Below are positions 48,845 to 56,991 of a stretch of DNA of 60,507 bases, in pieces. The notes beneath the pieces are model-generated. The model saw only the letters and a program-made list of their open reading frames with translations, ran no database searches and had not been told where the DNA came from. This DNA comes from Oscillospiraceae bacterium. GTDB taxonomy: Bacteria > Bacillota > Clostridia > Oscillospirales > Ruminococcaceae. A program made the translations under genes and the position numbers. The DNA lies in contig CADAPX010000001.1 in NCBI GenBank assembly GCA_902789925.1, positions 1-60,507 on the forward strand, read 5' to 3'. Numbering within the stretch: position 1 is the first letter of the stretch; each line of letters starts with the position of its first letter.

Positions 48845-48878
48845 AAAAATTTAAAGAATAAGGGAGAGTGAATTGAAA

Positions 48879-49316
48879 ATGGCTATGGAGTATTCAAAGA
48901 AGGTTATGGACCATTTTATGAATCCGAGAAATGTTGGAGAAATTGAGGATGCAGACGGCGTTGGCGAGGTTGGAAACGCAAAATGTGGAGACATAATGAA
49001 GATGTTTTTAAAAATCGAAAATGGAATCATCAAAGACATCAAATTCAAAACTTTTGGCTGTGGATCCGCGATTGCAACCAGCTCTATGGCAACTGAGATG
49101 GTTAAAGGAAAGCCGATAAGCGAAGCTATAAAATTAACAAATGCGGCTGTTGTTGAGGCGCTGGACGGATTGCCAAAAGTTAAGGTCCATTGTTCGGTTT
49201 TAGCAGAACAAGCGATTAAAGCGGCGCTTTGCGACTATTATCGACGCCAGGGAGTTGATCCTGAGCCAATTTTAGGCAAAATTCCTCCTGTTGAATCCTG
49301 TCATATTCATGACTAA
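48879..49316 (+). CDS. nifU: Fe-S cluster scaffold NifU/IscU N-terminal type
   Basis: Three conserved Cys in GNAKCGD, FKTFGCGSAIA and VHCSVLAE. Confidence 0.95.
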   Translation: MAMEYSKKVMDHFMNPRNVGEIEDADGVGEVGNAKCGDIMKMFLKIENGIIKDIKFKTFGCGSAIATSSMATEMVKGKPISEAIKLTNAAVVEALDGLPKVKVHCSVLAEQAIKAALCDYYRRQGVDPEPILGKIPPVESCHIHD

Positions 49317-49347
49317 TTGGATTTTTTATCAAAGTGGGAGCTAAAAT

Positions 49348-49851
49348 ATGTCTATTTTGAATATTGTTTTGGTTGAGCCTCAAATACCTCAAAACACCGG
49401 AAACATTGCAAGAACCTGCGCCGCAACGGGCTGTCGGCTGCATTTGGTTGAGCCTTTAGGGTTTGAGATTGATGATAAAAAATTAAAAAGAGCCGGCCTT
49501 GATTACTGGCAGTATTTAGATGTTGTTATATACACGGGGTTGGATGAGTTTTTAAAGTCAAATAATAATGGTAATATGTATTTTTTCACGACTAAAGCGC
49601 AAAATATCTACTCAAATATAAAATATTGCGATAATAGCTGGTTGATTTTTGGTCGTGAAGACGCCGGTTTGCCGGAAGAGCTTTTGAAAAAAAATCCTAA
49701 AAATTGCGTAAGAATCCCTATGGGAGAGGGAATTCGCAGCTTAAATTTGTCTAATGCTGTTGCGATCGGAGCATATGAAGTTTTAAGGCAGTGGAATTTT
49801 CCAAATCTGACAAATAAAGGAAAATTAACAAAATATTGTTGGGATGAATGA
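49348..49851 (+). CDS. trmL: tRNA (cytidine/uridine34-2'-O)-methyltransferase TrmL (SpoU/TrmH family)
   Basis: NIVLVEPQIPQNTGNIARTCAATG, LIFGREDAGLP and SLNLSNAVAI knot motifs. Confidence 0.9.
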   Translation: MSILNIVLVEPQIPQNTGNIARTCAATGCRLHLVEPLGFEIDDKKLKRAGLDYWQYLDVVIYTGLDEFLKSNNNGNMYFFTTKAQNIYSNIKYCDNSWLIFGREDAGLPEELLKKNPKNCVRIPMGEGIRSLNLSNAVAIGAYEVLRQWNFPNLTNKGKLTKYCWDE

Positions 49852-49952
49852 TATTTAAATTAACTATTCAATATTTTTTGATATAATATACAGCAAAGAT
49901 CTTTTTATATAATTTTAAATTTAATTGAAAATTTTAAGGAGCTAGCTATATT

Positions 49953-51848
49953 ATGGACAATTTTAGAATAAAAACCATAAAAAAATGTATAGAATGGCTT
50001 GCTGTGGTTGCTTTGATTCTTGGATCATTTAATGACTTTGGCCTGAAAGCTTTTGCAAATTTAGAGCAGGAAGAAAATTTTTGCATGGATAAAATGAACA
50101 ATTTGCCAATAGACGAGGATTTTTTAACTGAAGCGACAAAATTGCCAAATGTTGATGAGTTAGATGAATCCAGGATTGAACCGATTGTGCACATGAACGA
50201 TACAGTCGAGCAAGTCGTTCTAAACGAAAAAAGTTGTTATGATAAAATATTTCAAGAAGTTGAAAAATTAAAGCAAACAGCGAAAAATTCTCAATCCTAT
50301 TTAAAAAAAGAAGATGCGTGTTTACCAGAAAAAATGCGCCTAGCCAATGAAATATATCGTTGGGTTGCAACAAATATTCGAGCTGATCATGAATCTTTTG
50401 AATCTGTCAAAAATGATGAACAAGTTTATGTCAAGCCCCAGGATGAATATTTTGTTTATGATCAACGGCTTGGCTTTTGTGAGGGATATGCACGGCTTGT
50501 GAACTTGATGATGCGAATGGCCGATATACCCTGCATCTATGTTGCGTCGATTAACGGGCCAGCTGAAAATTATGGCCATGCATTCAACGCTGTGTATATT
50601 GAAGACACTTGCGCAGATCGAAAGGGATGGACTTTGCTGGACGCGGCGAATGCTTGGCCCGGAGGCTTTGACAGATACAAATCACTCACTAAATTTTTGT
50701 TTGGGGAAGCTTTTTTTAATCTAGACTTTTTTAATATTATAATGCCGAAAAATGATGATTATGTTAAAAATATCTATTATTTACTGGAAATTTCTTGTGA
50801 ACAATGTCATAATCCATCTTCAGAATTTATTGAGGAAAAAAACAAAAAAATTGAAAATGTTTTGAAAATTTTAAATAGTGACGAAAAATATGAAAATTGT
50901 TCACATTTTAAAGAAATTAAATTTTTCAATCATTCTGGATATTTATATTTTAATTATAAAACCGACGTCACCATGATAAAAGCCAAAGAGATTCGAAATG
51001 AAGAAGAGGAAGGTTTTTTAAAAAACGATTTTAGTTGCTTCGAAACTAAATTAAGAGAATATAATGAAAATTTCATGCTAAATTCAGATATTATATATAA
51101 CCTTTTATTATTAACTGGGTTGGAAAAACTCGATTTAAACCAGGAAAATATGGCAGAATTGAAAAATATCAAATTTGGATTTGAAGAATCTTTAAGGGAT
51201 GGACATGAATTTTTATATGCATATTGTGGGAAAAAACCAAATGCTGTGGCTAATAATATAAACGAAACTGATCAAAAAAATCAAAATAGTTATTATTTTA
51301 AAGAAAAGTTTGAAGAATTTTTCCCTGCGTTTTATAATTCCAAACAATCTTTTAAAGATGCTAATATGAGAATTATTAAAAAAAGTTTTCATAAAATATC
51401 CACTTTTGAAATTGATATAGGGAATATAAACACGCCAATTTTGCTTGGAGAATCCCACGAAGGGAATGCTCGGTTGGACCTCAATTGTCAGGTTGACATG
51501 GACATATCGTGCTTTTCGTCTTTGTCGCCAGATGAGCAAAAAAAGCAGATAGACGAGATCAAACAGACGCTTAAAATGTTAAATGTTTTTGATGATCGCA
51601 TAGAGTGTGGTGGTTTATTTCAAATAAATAATAAATATGGAATAACAGTGAATATTCCCGGATGTATTGAAAAATTAAAGCTTCACGGCAATATATCTAT
51701 CGATATAGGAGCTTCTGATGAATTGATTGAAATAGACACGACTGATTCGGAAATATATGACTTTGAGGATGGAATTTTATATGAAAAATTTGATGGCAAA
51801 CGGGGAAAGGAGATCGCAAGAACAAAGAAAAATCCGGTGAAAATTTAA
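49953..51848 (+). CDS. secreted transglutaminase-like cysteine protease-fold protein, paralog 2
   Basis: Signal peptide ending KAFA. The triad is in LGFCEGYARL, YGHAFNAVYI and TLLDAANAW. It shares the NFCMDKMNNLP, LPEKMRLANEIYRWVA, FFPAFY and SHEGNA blocks with paralog 3. Confidence 0.8.
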   Translation: MDNFRIKTIKKCIEWLAVVALILGSFNDFGLKAFANLEQEENFCMDKMNNLPIDEDFLTEATKLPNVDELDESRIEPIVHMNDTVEQVVLNEKSCYDKIFQEVEKLKQTAKNSQSYLKKEDACLPEKMRLANEIYRWVATNIRADHESFESVKNDEQVYVKPQDEYFVYDQRLGFCEGYARLVNLMMRMADIPCIYVASINGPAENYGHAFNAVYIEDTCADRKGWTLLDAANAWPGGFDRYKSLTKFLFGEAFFNLDFFNIIMPKNDDYVKNIYYLLEISCEQCHNPSSEFIEEKNKKIENVLKILNSDEKYENCSHFKEIKFFNHSGYLYFNYKTDVTMIKAKEIRNEEEEGFLKNDFSCFETKLREYNENFMLNSDIIYNLLLLTGLEKLDLNQENMAELKNIKFGFEESLRDGHEFLYAYCGKKPNAVANNINETDQKNQNSYYFKEKFEEFFPAFYNSKQSFKDANMRIIKKSFHKISTFEIDIGNINTPILLGESHEGNARLDLNCQVDMDISCFSSLSPDEQKKQIDEIKQTLKMLNVFDDRIECGGLFQINNKYGITVNIPGCIEKLKLHGNISIDIGASDELIEIDTTDSEIYDFEDGILYEKFDGKRGKEIARTKKNPVKI

Positions 51849-51877
51849 AAATATTTAATTTAATAAATAAATATATT

Positions 51878-51910
51878 ACAAGCTGTATTTGAAATGCGGC
51901 TTGTTTTTTT
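51878..51910 (+). terminator. intrinsic terminator after paralog 2
   Basis: acaagctg (51878-51885) pairs with cggcttgt (51897-51904), followed by T7. Confidence 0.7.
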
Positions 51911-52009
51911 ATATATTTTTAACAACATACAAAAATTTATAATGAAAAATAGACAAAAATTTTAAACAAACTTTGTTAATTTTGCATATAGATTAATTTT
52001 AATAAACCA

Positions 52010-52038
52010 TTGACAAGTTTTACCACATAATGTATAAT
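52010..52038 (+). promoter_or_regulatory. consensus promoter of paralog 3
   Basis: ttgaca (52010-52015), 17-nt spacer, tataat (52033-52038). Confidence 0.65.
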
Positions 52039-52123
52039 ATAAATGATGATACTTTTAAATAGTATTATCTAAGCGAAATTTTATATTGTTCATCAAATAT
52101 TAACTGCAAAGGATGTGATTATC

Positions 52124-54550
52124 ATGAGTAATTCGATGACAAAATTAAAAAAAGGCGTTTTAAAAAAATCTCTAGCCTTATTTTTGGCGGTTTTAATGTG
52201 CATAACTTGCTTAACCGTTTCGGTTTTTGCCGGTGCGGAGGGGGAAGAAATGTTTTGCAATGACAAAATGAACAGTTTGCCAACTAGAAGCAGAGCGTTT
52301 TTTTCAGAAACCACCAAATTGCCCGACGTGAATCGGCTGAATCCAACGCGCCTTGAAACTGTTGTCCACTCTAACGGTTCAAGAGAATATATTTTCGTGG
52401 ATGAGCAGGCTTGCTACAAAAAAATGGTTGAAGTTGTCAAAAATCTGCAACAAAGCGTTAGAAACGGCAATGATTTAAAAGCTTGGGGGGAGGATTATTA
52501 TAAATATGTTGGTTTACCGGAAAAAATGCGTTTGGCAGATGCTATTTACCGATGGGTTGCCGAAAATATACTTTATGACTTTGAAACATATGATATTGTC
52601 GACAAAGACGCAAACGGCAGCCAGGCAACATGGAAACCACAAGATGCATATTTTGTTTTTAAAACGAAAAAAGGCGTTTGTGAGGGATACGCAAGGCTTG
52701 CAAATTTAATGATGCGTATCGCCGGCATACCGTGTATGTATGTTTCCAGTATTTGTGGAAAAGATGATTACTGCGCCCACGCATTTAATGCTGTTTATAT
52801 TAAGGATGATGTGAATGGAAGGCAAGGCTGGACGCTTGTTGACCCAACATGGGCTTCTCCAAACGGATCAGATGGAAACAATCCAAACGCCAGGAAAACC
52901 ATTTCTGGAGTGACAAAATTTGCAAAAGGTTGCTTTAATGTTTTTAAAAGAAATGATAATTATTTAAAAGAACTTTATAATAATTTCGCAATTTATGCTA
53001 ATCAAATGGCGGATATGGGCTGTGATAGAATGGCTGTTCAACTAAACAGAGTTTCGTCAACAATTTTGAATAATTTAAATCAACAATACCCAGACGGTTC
53101 ACACTTTCAAAAAATCCAGTTCTATAACGCAAATGGATCTTTACGCGTTCAATATCAAGCGAATATAAAAGCTCAGGATATGAAAAAATATGACGCTAAT
53201 ATGTTAAAATCTTGCGCGGATGAATTGATGGGAAAATCCGAAAAGAGTTTTTGTGTGTGGCCAACAGGACAAGCAAATTTAGTTTTAAGGGACGTAAATT
53301 TTCATGGACTCTGGTTCACAAATTCTTGTTTTGAAAGAATAAACAACCCTGACCCTTTTCAAAAAGATAAAGCTAAACAGTATCTGGCAACGCTTAAAAT
53401 TATATGTCATAATATTGTTCAGAAACATTTAAAAAATATTGCAAATGCTTGGACACCTCAAAATGCTTTAAAACAATTGAATGATGAAATAAATTCAAGA
53501 CTAAATGCTTTAAACAATGCGTATGGTGACATCACCGGATTTAAACATTTAACCTTCAATTTAAAACGTGAAACAAACCCGGTTTATGGGCAAAACAGGC
53601 GTTATAATGTTTTAACGTTAAAATGTGAAACTGCGTTAGATGAAAGCGAAATCAGGAATCGATTGGATGAAAGTTTTTCAAATGATACTGAGTTTTTGAA
53701 AGAGCAAAAAGCAAAGGAAGATCAAAAGTTCTATAAAGAATTTTTCCCAGCATTCTATCAACCAGATAAATCAATTGAGCATGCTAATAAAAAGGTTATT
53801 AAACATCTATATCACAAACTGTTTGCATTTGAATTTTCACACGAATTTTGGGATCAAAAAATAAACTTTCCGCGCCTTAAAGAAACTTCTCATGAAGGAA
53901 ATGCTCAAATAGAGCCCGCTGCTCCTAAAGATGAGAATAAACCATATTATGTTCCGCAAGAACTTAAAAAATATGGTTTGGAAGTTGTCATTCCGTGTAA
54001 TGTTAAAATTCTGATCCTCACGGGAGATGAGCGTGTGAATTTTGATGATGCGTTGGGCTTGCAGGAAGTTGGCGGAGTATCCACATACTATATTTTAAAG
54101 GATGGCAATGTGTATGACCAAAACGGAACGCTGATTTTTGGAAGAGTCAAAGATGATAATTATGGAGGTTACTATAACTATAATAATTATACATATGACA
54201 ATAATACTTACAATTATACATATGATAATAATACTTACAATTATACAAATGACAATAACAACAACAATTATACATATGATAATAACACCTATAATAATTA
54301 TAATACATATGACAGCAATACATATAGCTGTGGCATTAAAGCCAAAAAGAAAAAACAACAAAAGCGCTATATTTGCGCTAAAAGCAAAAATTCACAAAAA
54401 CAAAGTGTTTGCGCTAAAAGCAAAAATTCACAAAAACAAAGTGTCTGCGCTAAAAGCAAAAATTTACAAAAACAAAGTGTCTGCGCTAAAAGCAAAAATT
54501 CACAAAAAGCTAAAAGTAAAAATTCACAAAAACAAAGTGTTTGCAGATAA
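52124..54550 (+). CDS. secreted transglutaminase-like cysteine protease-fold protein, paralog 3, with Asn/Tyr-rich and Cys/Lys-rich C-terminal repeats
   Basis: Signal peptide ending SVFA. The triad is in KGVCEGYARL, CAHAFNAVYI and TLVDPTWAS. The C-terminus is YNYNNYTYDNNTYNYTYDNNTYNY... followed by (CAKSKNSQKQSV)n. Confidence 0.8.
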   Translation: MSNSMTKLKKGVLKKSLALFLAVLMCITCLTVSVFAGAEGEEMFCNDKMNSLPTRSRAFFSETTKLPDVNRLNPTRLETVVHSNGSREYIFVDEQACYKKMVEVVKNLQQSVRNGNDLKAWGEDYYKYVGLPEKMRLADAIYRWVAENILYDFETYDIVDKDANGSQATWKPQDAYFVFKTKKGVCEGYARLANLMMRIAGIPCMYVSSICGKDDYCAHAFNAVYIKDDVNGRQGWTLVDPTWASPNGSDGNNPNARKTISGVTKFAKGCFNVFKRNDNYLKELYNNFAIYANQMADMGCDRMAVQLNRVSSTILNNLNQQYPDGSHFQKIQFYNANGSLRVQYQANIKAQDMKKYDANMLKSCADELMGKSEKSFCVWPTGQANLVLRDVNFHGLWFTNSCFERINNPDPFQKDKAKQYLATLKIICHNIVQKHLKNIANAWTPQNALKQLNDEINSRLNALNNAYGDITGFKHLTFNLKRETNPVYGQNRRYNVLTLKCETALDESEIRNRLDESFSNDTEFLKEQKAKEDQKFYKEFFPAFYQPDKSIEHANKKVIKHLYHKLFAFEFSHEFWDQKINFPRLKETSHEGNAQIEPAAPKDENKPYYVPQELKKYGLEVVIPCNVKILILTGDERVNFDDALGLQEVGGVSTYYILKDGNVYDQNGTLIFGRVKDDNYGGYYNYNNYTYDNNTYNYTYDNNTYNYTNDNNNNNYTYDNNTYNNYNTYDSNTYSCGIKAKKKKQQKRYICAKSKNSQKQSVCAKSKNSQKQSVCAKSKNLQKQSVCAKSKNSQKAKSKNSQKQSVCR
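54169..54326 (+). repeat. imperfect 27-nt coding repeats (YNYTYDNNT units)
   Basis: The acaattatacatatgataataatactt unit is reiterated with variation. All other frames are open because of the low complexity. Confidence 0.8.
54374..54547 (+). repeat. 36-nt coding tandem repeat, about 4.8 copies (CAKSKNSQKQSV)
   Basis: tgcgctaaaagcaaaaattcacaaaaacaaagtgt(t/c) starts at 54374, 54410, 54446 and 54482. The last unit is rearranged. Confidence 0.9.
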
Positions 54551-54592
54551 AGAAAGGATATATTAAAAGATTGAAAATAAATCAACATAGAC

Positions 54593-54638
54593 AAAGGAAG
54601 TTGACTTAATTGATTTTTAGTTTGCTTCCTTTTTGTTT
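54593..54638 (+). terminator. intrinsic terminator after paralog 3
   Basis: aaaggaag (54593-54600) pairs with cttccttt (54625-54632), followed by tttgttt. Confidence 0.55.
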
Positions 54639-54669
54639 ATTCAACTTCTAACCTAGCTCAAAAATTAGG

Positions 54670-54698
54670 TTGACAAAATTTTATTTTTTGTATATAAT
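54670..54698 (+). promoter_or_regulatory. consensus promoter of the DUF218 gene
   Basis: ttgaca (54670-54675), 17-nt spacer, tataat (54693-54698). Confidence 0.65.
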
Positions 54699-54740
54699 TG
54701 GCCTGTGATGTGGAAGTGTTTTAAATGGAGGAAGAAATTT

Positions 54741-55496
54741 TTGGGAAATTCTGGTGCTAAAAAAACTCTTTTGCTTTTTATATACACTTGCCTGGCAGCC
54801 GTTTGTTTTGCATATGGTTTTATTATATACAGCACTGGCTCCGGGACAAGCTTTTTTATCACTTGGTTTGCAATTGGAACGCTGTTTTTGGGGTGTGATA
54901 TTGTTGTTGGGTTTAATATATATGGCAAGATTCCAAAAATTTTCAAAAAAGTTCTTCTGCTTTTTGCTGCCATAGTTTTATCAAGTTTTGTCACTGTTGA
55001 AAGCTTTATTATTAGCGGATTTTTTTCTGATTATGCTGGCAATTTAGATTATATTATCGTTTTAGGCGCTCAAGTTTATTCTGAAGGGCCAAGTGCTATT
55101 TTAAAATATAGGCTTGACGAGGCCGCAAAATATCTCAAGCAAAATTTAAACACAATATGTATAGTTTCTGGTGGGCAGGGCCATAATGAACCTTTTGCCG
55201 AGGCGATTGGCATGAAAAAATACCTTGAAGAGGCGGGAATTGAGGAAAAAAGGATTCTTCTGGAATCTGACTCCAAAAACACTAATCAAAATATTACAAA
55301 CAGTATGAAATATATAGAACCGGGCAAGTCAGTTGGAATTGTGACTAATAATTTTCACATGTTTCGGGCGCTTCAAACAGCAAAAAAACAAGGATTGAGA
55401 GAGCCCCATGCAATTGTTGCTGGGATGGACAATCTATATCTTCCGAACAACATGTTGCGAGAATATTTTGGCGAGCTCAGTTTCCTAATTTCTTAA
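54741..55496 (+). CDS. DUF218/YdcF (ElyC/SanA-like) membrane protein
   Basis: N-terminal TM segments followed by a DUF218 pattern (YIIVLGAQVY, IVSGGQGHNEPFAEA, NTNQNI). The TTG at 54741 is 9 nt after ggagga. The ORF is open from the GTG at 54705, which would be near-leaderless. Confidence 0.75.
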   Translation: MGNSGAKKTLLLFIYTCLAAVCFAYGFIIYSTGSGTSFFITWFAIGTLFLGCDIVVGFNIYGKIPKIFKKVLLLFAAIVLSSFVTVESFIISGFFSDYAGNLDYIIVLGAQVYSEGPSAILKYRLDEAAKYLKQNLNTICIVSGGQGHNEPFAEAIGMKKYLEEAGIEEKRILLESDSKNTNQNITNSMKYIEPGKSVGIVTNNFHMFRALQTAKKQGLREPHAIVAGMDNLYLPNNMLREYFGELSFLIS

Positions 55497-55510
55497 AGCG
55501 GAGGGCGAGA

Positions 55511-56593
55511 ATGATTGGCAAAAAAGCTATTGTTGCAATGAGCGGCGGGGTTGATTCGAGCGTTGCGGCTTTGATTCTAAAACAACAAGGTTTTGACCTA
55601 ATTGGAGCAACAATGAAGCTGTTTGATAATGAAGACGTCGGCGTTTGCGAAAAAAACACATGCTGTTCTCTCAAAGACATTGATGACGCAAGAAATATTG
55701 CATATGAGCTGAATATTCCATACTATGTCTTTAATTTTTCACACAAATTTAAATCGGCTGTTATCGACAAATTCATACATGCATATGAAAACGGCCTAAC
55801 TCCAAACCCGTGCATTGACTGCAACCGGTATTTAAAATTTGACAAACTGCTTCAACGAGCCAAGGAGCTCAACTTTGACTTTATCGCAACAGGCCACTAT
55901 GCACAAGTTGAATATAATCAAAAAAGTGGGCGTTGGATTTTGAAAAAAGCGACTGATCCACATAAAGATCAAAGCTATGTTTTATATTCGCTGACTCAAG
56001 AGCAACTGTCGCGCACTTTGTTTCCACTCGGCAAAATGAACAAAAACGAGGTTCGAGAAATCGCAAAAAGCAACAATTTCAACAATGCAAAAAAACACGA
56101 CAGTCAGGACATTTGTTTTATTAAAAACGGCAAATATTCGGATTTCATCAAATCACACACAAATAAAAACTATCCGCCTGGGAATTTTGTTGATATTGAC
56201 GGCAAATTCCTTGGGCCCCACAAAGGCATTATACACTATACAATTGGCCAGAGGAAGGGGCTTGGCTTGTCTTTTTCTGAGCCGATGTATGTTTTAAAAA
56301 TCGATCCTCAAAGCAATCAAATAACCCTTGCGCCAAACGAAAAAACATACACAAAAACGCTGGTTGCCAAAGATATAAACTTGATTTCAAAAGAAAATTT
56401 ATATGTAAAAACAAAAATTAAGGCTAAAGTCAGATATAACCAACAAGAGCAATGGGCAGTTGCTGTTCAGCTCAACTCAAACCAAATCAAGGTTGAATTT
56501 GAAAAGCCCCAACGCGCGATAACCAAAGGGCAGGCGGTTGTTTTATATGACGAAGATGTTGTTGTTGGCGGGGGGACAATTTGCCAGACGTGA
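55511..56593 (+). CDS. mnmA: tRNA 2-thiouridine(34) synthase
   Basis: PP-loop AMSGGVDSSVAA, CNRYLKF, and DQSYVL. Confidence 0.95.
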   Translation: MIGKKAIVAMSGGVDSSVAALILKQQGFDLIGATMKLFDNEDVGVCEKNTCCSLKDIDDARNIAYELNIPYYVFNFSHKFKSAVIDKFIHAYENGLTPNPCIDCNRYLKFDKLLQRAKELNFDFIATGHYAQVEYNQKSGRWILKKATDPHKDQSYVLYSLTQEQLSRTLFPLGKMNKNEVREIAKSNNFNNAKKHDSQDICFIKNGKYSDFIKSHTNKNYPPGNFVDIDGKFLGPHKGIIHYTIGQRKGLGLSFSEPMYVLKIDPQSNQITLAPNEKTYTKTLVAKDINLISKENLYVKTKIKAKVRYNQQEQWAVAVQLNSNQIKVEFEKPQRAITKGQAVVLYDEDVVVGGGTICQT

Positions 56594-56675
56594 TTAAATA
56601 TAACCCCAATTTAAAAATACTATTTTTTTACCTTTAATACTTTTAGTGTTAATTAAAACTTTTTTTAAAAATCGC

Positions 56676-56704
56676 TTGACAATATTTAAATAATGTGATA
56701 TAAT
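56676..56704 (+). promoter_or_regulatory. perfect consensus promoter of the trp leader
   Basis: ttgaca (56676-56681), 17-nt spacer, tataat (56699-56704). Confidence 0.75.
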
Positions 56705-56736
56705 GAAAGAGATATAGTTGAAAGGAGCGAAGAGCA

Positions 56737-56829
56737 ATGAGTGCTGCATTTTGTTTTGAAGTTAACAATTTGTGGCGAGTATGGGAAGATGTTTTTGCCC
56801 ATACAGGTTTTGCGCGCTTTAAACTATAG
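56737..56829 (+). CDS. candidate trp leader peptide (30 aa, two Trp codons)
   Basis: aaggag SD, 8 nt, then ATG. It encodes MSAAFCFEVNNLWRVWEDVFAHTGFARFKL with TGG at 56773 and 56782. The second Trp codon lies inside segment 1 of an alternative-hairpin attenuator. Confidence 0.6.
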   Translation: MSAAFCFEVNNLWRVWEDVFAHTGFARFKL

Positions 56830-56853
56830 TTGAAACTGTGTTTTTAGATTATG

Positions 56854-56909
56854 ATCGCGTGTGTGTGGAGCAAAGTTTTTAGAGCTTCCATACGCGCGAT
56901 TTTTTCTTT
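56854..56909 (+). terminator. attenuator terminator (segments 3:4) upstream of trpB
   Basis: atcgcgtgtgtgtggagc (56854-56871) pairs with gcttccatacgcgcgat (56884-56900): about 17 bp with 3 G-U pairs and 1 bulge. It is followed by TTTTTCTTT. Confidence 0.7.
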
Positions 56910-56991
56910 GAGAAAGGAGTTGATTTTGCTGTGGAAACAGATTGGGACTGGAAAAGAAACAAACATATATTTATGAAAGAGAGAGATTTTT

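Noticed and set aside
54374-54547. Regular 36-nt direct repeats that could be mistaken for a CRISPR array.
   Set aside because: The units are contiguous with no spacers. They lie in frame inside a long ORF, encode a repeated peptide, and have no cas genes or leader.
54705-54740. Leaderless translation of the DUF218 gene from GTG/ATG at 54705/54708, exactly at the predicted transcription start.
   Set aside because: This is possible, but an in-frame TTG at 54741 has a well-spaced ggagga SD. The 12 extra residues (MMWKCFKWRKKF) are not needed for the first TM segment, so it is kept only as an alternative start.
56705-56991. T-box leader upstream of trpB, the usual Firmicute solution.
   Set aside because: There is no AGAGA/GA-motif Stem I pattern and no T-box sequence (…GGGTGGTACCGCG-like). 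The region is instead fully explained by a leader ORF with Trp codons and alternative hairpins.
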